A program made the position numbers and the translations under genes. This document shows positions 58,158-64,000 of a DNA stretch of 64,000 bases, piece by piece (the stretch's first letter is position 1; every line of letters starts with the position of its first letter). The stretch is from Octopus vulgaris (Eukaryota). The notes beneath the pieces are model-generated. The model saw nothing but the letters and a program-made list of their open reading frames with translations, searched no databases and was not told the DNA's origin. Location: assembly GCA_951406725.2 (NCBI GenBank), contig OX597831.1:82646001-82710000 (forward strand). Reading direction: 5' to 3'.

Positions 58158-61097
58158 ATGCGTATAACAATATACAATGGAACCTAAAACTCCTGGCTCT
58201 GTCCCTCTCCACCAAATCAGAGAGAGAGAGAGAGAGAGAAAAGATTTCATTTTCACTGCTGTTTCAATTAAAATAATTATAAATGTCACTATTATTATAT
58301 TTTTATTAATATCTTCAAAATATCTGGAATCACATATTCCTGAAATTATGATAACGTCACATTTTTGAAATATTTTATGAATTTAATTTTTATTCTTTCA
58401 TTATTTGACTTTGTATTCATGAACCAAAGTTTAAAAAGAAGAATCAAAAACTATGTGAACGAACGATAATTTATTTTACTCTAAAATTGAAATTATTTTT
58501 ACTGTTCATCTTAACAGAATATTTAGTTTCCACGTTTGCCAACAATGCAAAAATGAAATCATGTTATCAGCAGAAATACTGGTTGTGTATCATTATTGTC
58601 ACCACTGCTGCTGCCTTGGTCATCATCATCATTATTATTATTATTACTTTTGACTAGATTTCTAATAAATATTCAGATAATTTCAAACAACTTACTTTCT
58701 CTCCTCCTCAAAATACTGTTTCTTTCTATTATTTCTGTATTTCTTAATGAATATTCCAAAAATGTTTAAAGGAAACTAGTTTCAGAGAAGTGAAATTCAA
58801 AATAACAAATCAGTATTTTTTTTTATATATATATATAATTTCCTATATGTTTTTGTCTGCAACCTGTTCCCCACCACATCAGTTATCACAAATAATTCTT
58901 AAAAAGTCACTTATTAACTCTTTCTTTAGAAATATCACGGTTTCTTGAGACAGTTTTCAGTTTATGGCAGAAAATGAAATGAAATTTCCACTTCCACAGA
59001 TTTTTGTTCAAAATAGGAAGAATTATCATATTTTGTCAATTTGTGGCTGACATTAAATACAAAAAGCAGCTTTTGGTCTGTGAGATTGTGATATTTCTAC
59101 AACAGGCAGCGTGCATGTTCTACCCTCTCTTTCAGGAACACAACATGAGCTGAGACATATGATGGTAATACAATACAAAGAAACAGACATGACACATAGT
59201 GACATCGCAACATGTGACAAGACAAATGACACATGGATGGATGCCCTGAAACAATAGTAAGACCTTGTCCTTTATCATTTATCCTCAAGAAATCCTCCCT
59301 TAAATCTACTCACTTGAACTCAGTTCTGTGAACTCAAGGGACCCTACTCCATAATCATGAAATGCTTGCAATACAAATATTTACATCTTCATGGTGTCTA
59401 TTTACAAGAAGATGACGTAAATTATTGTTTAGTGTCCTACGGTATACAACTCATAAAGATCAAGTCATCGTGTTGAGTTGACCCTGACCTTATTGAACCA
59501 ATTCTATCTCCCCCACACACCTCCCCCCTCTTTCACACCTCACAGACACATGGGTGAGCTACCAGCAGACAAGAGGTTGAGAATCTCTCTTCACTTGGTT
59601 TCTTTAAAAACTAATTTTCATATGGACCTCAATATGCCACTGGTATTTTCCATTCCCCTCTGACTGAATAGTGAACAGTAGCATGATTTGAAATAACAAC
59701 TTAGAGAGGACTGACAGTAAACAATGTAATTTAGTTTGCTTCTGGAAGAATCTTTGTCAGTGAGATTGTGGCAAGATGTTTCGTCTCCTGGTGGTTTATG
59801 CACGATTGGATTCACCTGGTTGAGCGAATGATGGCAGAAATAGCACAGATACACCACGGAACAGCGATTAAAAAATGATTGGAACCATTTAGCACAGGCA
59901 CAAAACAACAAAAATAATAGTCTATCAAATATGAGGTTCTGATGAAGAGAGGAAATGGAATCACAGCTTGGGCAAGAATTCTGGAAAACTACATTAAAAA
60001 CAGTGGCTTTGCTCCGTAAATTTATAATAAAGTACTAAATGGAAAGGAAATAATATCTCCTTACCAATAAAGACTGGAACAGTGACACACAGACAGACAC
60101 CGGTATATGAGTGACAGACATTGAAATATTAATGCTGACACCAAGATCTTAGTTCAAATGGATATTTTCAACATTTCAGTGGCCATCCATGATGATCCAA
60201 CTGCCTTCCCTCTCTTTACATCATTAACCACACTTGCACAGACAGACATATCTGTGTGTGTGTTATGTGAGAATACCAAAATATTACTCAGGTACCTAGC
60301 TTTCCATGTCAAAACACTTGAAAATTCCTTTTGTTATCAAACTCTTAGGTACCAGACGAGTTCCTGTAATTATAGTTATCTCCTCTGCTTCACTCAAAGA
60401 GCTCTCTGTTAATAAAATCAAATTTATTCTGCAATGATCAGCCTATGGTTGATGGCAGCAGCTGTCTAAAGACATACCACTGAGAGTTCTGGGAAAGAGA
60501 GCGACCTAAAAGAACATGTGACAAAGTGGTAACAATTGATAGGATGACACTAAACCCCAGAAAACAAATGACGAAGGACACCAACAATTGGTAACACGTT
60601 GACTTGAAGAAATGCCACTCTTTCAGGCAAGTGTAGCCGAGAGGATATTAACGAAGGGTGGGGCTGGGGTGGTTCCTCACATATAAATGCACAGGTACCA
60701 TCCTTCCTGTTTTTCTTTCTCTTCAGATGCTTTAACTGCCTTCTCTCCATCTCTGTGATTCTCTCTCACCTCCTCACACCTTTCTTCCATTGCAACATTT
60801 TTTCACCTTCCACCCTTTCATTCGTTTCCTCTTTGCCCTTTCCATGATAATACCATTCCCCTCTTAAACTGCAATATCTTTCAACCCCGCCCCCTCAACT
60901 TCCACCCATAACAAGGAACAGTGCAACATCATTCCTTCCTCCACCACCTTATCCCTCCCTCTCCTCACCCCACAACCACATCTTTACAACACCAAACCTG
61001 CTCCTCATAATGTGCCTTTTCATCAACTCACCCAAAATCTTTGGCCCTCCTCCATCATATTCTGCTCTTAGTATGGTGGTTCTCGAGCATTGCTAGT

Positions 61098-61268
61098 TAC
61101 AAGACCACTTCATTTGTGCCACACAAGACCACTTCACTAGTGCCACACAAGACCACTTGTGCCACACAAGACCTCTTCATTTGTGTTACACAAGATCACT
61201 TCACTAGTTCCACACAAGACCACTTCATTTGTGTCACACAAGACCCATTCACTACTGTCACACAAGGA
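61098..61268. repeat. 24-bp minisatellite (CACACAAGACCACTTCATTTGTGC-like), about 7 copies
   Basis: Seen directly; CATTT and CACTA variants alternate; immediately upstream of a degenerate RTE tail (61270-61447). Confidence 0.85.
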
Positions 61269-61474
61269 ACTCACTATACTTGGTAAAATGGTTGGTGTCA
61301 GGAATGTCCTTCAGCTACAGAAAGCATGTCAAAGCAGACACTGGAACTTAATGAGGACCTCTGACTTGCTGGAGACTGTCAAAACAGCCAATCCATGCCA
61401 GCATGGAAGGCTCACTTAAAAGGATGATGATGATGATGATGATGATGTGACAAACTCCCCATACATATATATAT

Positions 61475-61517
<43 letters not shown>

Positions 61518-61628
61518 ACTCCCTCCCCATTTGTGTGTTTATATGATTCTCTACTCCCAGTAAATAGTAAATGTTCCATGATCTTGCATTAGAATAATAA
61601 TCTCAATCTCAATTTAACATACACACAT

Positions 61629-61695
<67 letters not shown>

Positions 61696-62212
61696 AAGAA
61701 GTGAAGCATAGATGATTGCCAGTAGTTGGTGAAGCAGAAGAAGGGATTCCATTCTGTCCCAAATAGTTCTCTGCTATCAATTCTGATAATCTGCACTCCA
61801 TAATTTACTTTAAATAGAAACATTTTCTCTGACCAACTAAACTAAGACGTTCTGGTGAATTTGCCAGGAACTAATAACAGAGTCAACTCTGAAATTATGA
61901 AGGCATTGGTATTTCAAGAAGATTATAGTTTCCAATGAACTAAGAAATAAACTCAAACTTTCATGGCTTCTTCTGTCCCCAACTGAAATTACACCAAAAT
62001 TTTTCCCCTAATAACAGTCTTTCTTTCTTTTTCTGTATTTCTCGAAACGGAAAATAAATTTATATCATTATATGTTTTATTTTTTTTTGTTCGCAATTCT
62101 TTGGGTATCTTTATTTTTAGCTTATAAATTTGTCCATGACTAAATCATGTCATTATACATACATATATATATATATATATCATGTATGTATAATGAGATG
62201 ATTTAGTCATGG

Positions 62213-62275
<63 letters not shown>

Positions 62276-62678
62276 CATGTACACACACATCAAATCTCCA
62301 TCATCATTTCACACATCTGCTTTCCATGCTGATACAAACTGAACGAGTAATCACCTTCTGCATCAGACATATTCCTCTCCGGGAAAATGTCAGAGAACCA
62401 TGGCTCACTCATACGTTTCCATTTGTGGCAAGGTTTCTGCAATTGGATACCCTTCCTAACACCAACCGCCAGCTTCCCAAACAATGCCAGGTTCTTGGCA
62501 TCACCAAAGAATCTTTTGTACGTTATGTAGCTTTTGGTTGTCTGCCAACCACTTTACAAAGTGTAGGGACAGTGATTTCTTGAGGAACCAACATTACTGA
62601 GATTGTACTGTATCAGGTTGAAATAGTCTCACTGCCTTATGTTCACTCCCTCACACACACACACGTCTATGTGTGTGT

Positions 62679-63077
62679 TGCTTTGCTTGAGGAGACCTAC
62701 TGAGTCAAGAACATCAACATCAAAATAAATATCAAATGGAAATTTTAGTTGTGATACCTGTGCCGGTGGCACGTAAAAAGCACCGTCCGAACGTGGCTGA
62801 TGCCAGTACCGCTTTGACTGGCTTCTGTGCCGATGGCATGTAAAAAGCACCAACCAATCGTGGCCGATGCCAGCCTCCCCTGGCACCTGTGCTGGTGGCA
62901 CGTAAAAAGTACCCACTACACTCATGGAGTGGTTGGCGTTAGGAAGGGCATCCAGCTGTAGAAACACTGCCAGATCAGACTGGAGCCTGGTGCAGCCTCC
63001 TGGCTTCCCAGACCCCAGTCGAACCGTCCAACCCGTGCTAGCATGGAAAACGGATGTTAAACGATGATGATGATGAT
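62679..63077 (+). mobile_element. RTE 3' UTR copy
   Basis: Three GTGCCGGTGGCACGTAAAAAGCACC-type units, TTAGGAAGGGCATCCAGCTGTAGAAAC, (GAT)n tail. Confidence 0.88.
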
Positions 63078-64000
63078 ATATATATACACACACACACACA
63101 CACAAAACAACAATGTGTGGTGGCCAAGATGAATGGATTCTGGCAACCAATGGCATACTCAAGGTGGCATTCCTCAGGTGGACAAGTCTGTTCATTGCTA
63201 CAAAGGAGTTAAGGCATTGTGGTGTAAAACATCAAGACAGAAACTGCAGCCAAACGTGCTCTGAAGGTGGATGGGGAGAAGGACGCATCGTCTTGTCAAG
63301 ATCCCCAACAGAAGTAACAAGATTAATGAAATAATTTTGAAGAGATCAAGAAACATCATTGATACACTCCATTGCTTGTTTGGAAGTTAATTAAAGTGTA
63401 AATTAATGAAGCAGGAATTGAGAGAAATTAGTTTAAATAAGAGAATGGTTACCATGGAGATAGTATTGGTTGTTATTTGTGACACATACATACAAGGGTA
63501 CATATGGATCTGGGGTACAACCAGATCTGCAATACATACACATTGCCTAATGAAGAGAATCACTGCTGATGAATGTGGAATTAACCATGATGATGATGAT
63601 GATGATGGTGGTGGTGTGAGTGATAGTTGGTGATACATGTTGATTTGATTGCACAAAAAAACTCACTAATAACAACAACAATAACAACAGCAGTAACAGG
63701 CCCAGAGAGGAACCTTTAAAAAGTTAACAAATCTGCTAAAAAAAGCAGCCAGCTCCCCACCCCCCAAACCACACCTTACTGTCTTAAAAGGGACGGTGAC
63801 ATTGAAAAATGTAATCTGAGATGCACAACCAACGCCTGAAGAGAGGACTACTCCATCAGTATTGCCTGGGGCTAAACAACAAAACAACAGGAAGAGGAGG
63901 ATTTCTTTCTCACACACATCTCATTGGTTACCAACCAGCATTGAACACACGACAGTGAAAGACATCATAACAGCTGCAGTGTCTCCAGATCCAGTGAGCA

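Noticed and set aside
61098-61268. CRISPR-like array
   Set aside because: No unique spacers, no cas genes, eukaryotic context
63113-63334. GC-richer 73-aa ORF as a host exon
   Set aside because: No recognisable homology or convincing splice sites
63836-63862. CTGAAGA-GAG-GACTA-CTC hammerhead-like start
   Set aside because: No GAAA; lies within a degenerate short repeat

Overview
AT-rich, repeat-dense eukaryotic non-coding DNA, either intronic or intergenic. The repeat families (tRNA-derived SINEs, RTE tails ending in (GAT)n, R4/Dong fragments in (TAA)n, very long (TA)n/(CA)n/(GA)n tracts) look like those of a coleoid cephalopod, most likely Octopus; this is inference, not database-verified. 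I could not support any host protein-coding exon, and nearly all ORFs in the track are microsatellite or repeat artefacts. The only real coding remnants are retrotransposon-derived: a 2.3 kb CR1-like ORF2, several R4/Dong RT/zinc-knuckle/RLE fragments and RTE C-termini. The most interesting structures are: (1) a ~690 bp fold-back (54474-55160) carrying a type I minimal hammerhead ribozyme motif of the Penelope-like-element kind, plus four other sites with degenerate hammerhead-like motifs, mostly in or near (TA)n; (2) a 341-bp, ~98.5% identical inverted duplication (29000-29340 / 30830-31170) matching nothing else in the window, a candidate long dsRNA/ADAR substrate or inversion footprint; (3) a ~550 bp non-coding element found three times in (AAT)n-type tracts; (4) a Helentron-type non-autonomous element; (5) a local templated insertion with a 29-bp direct repeat. 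Boundaries of degenerate repeats are approximate.
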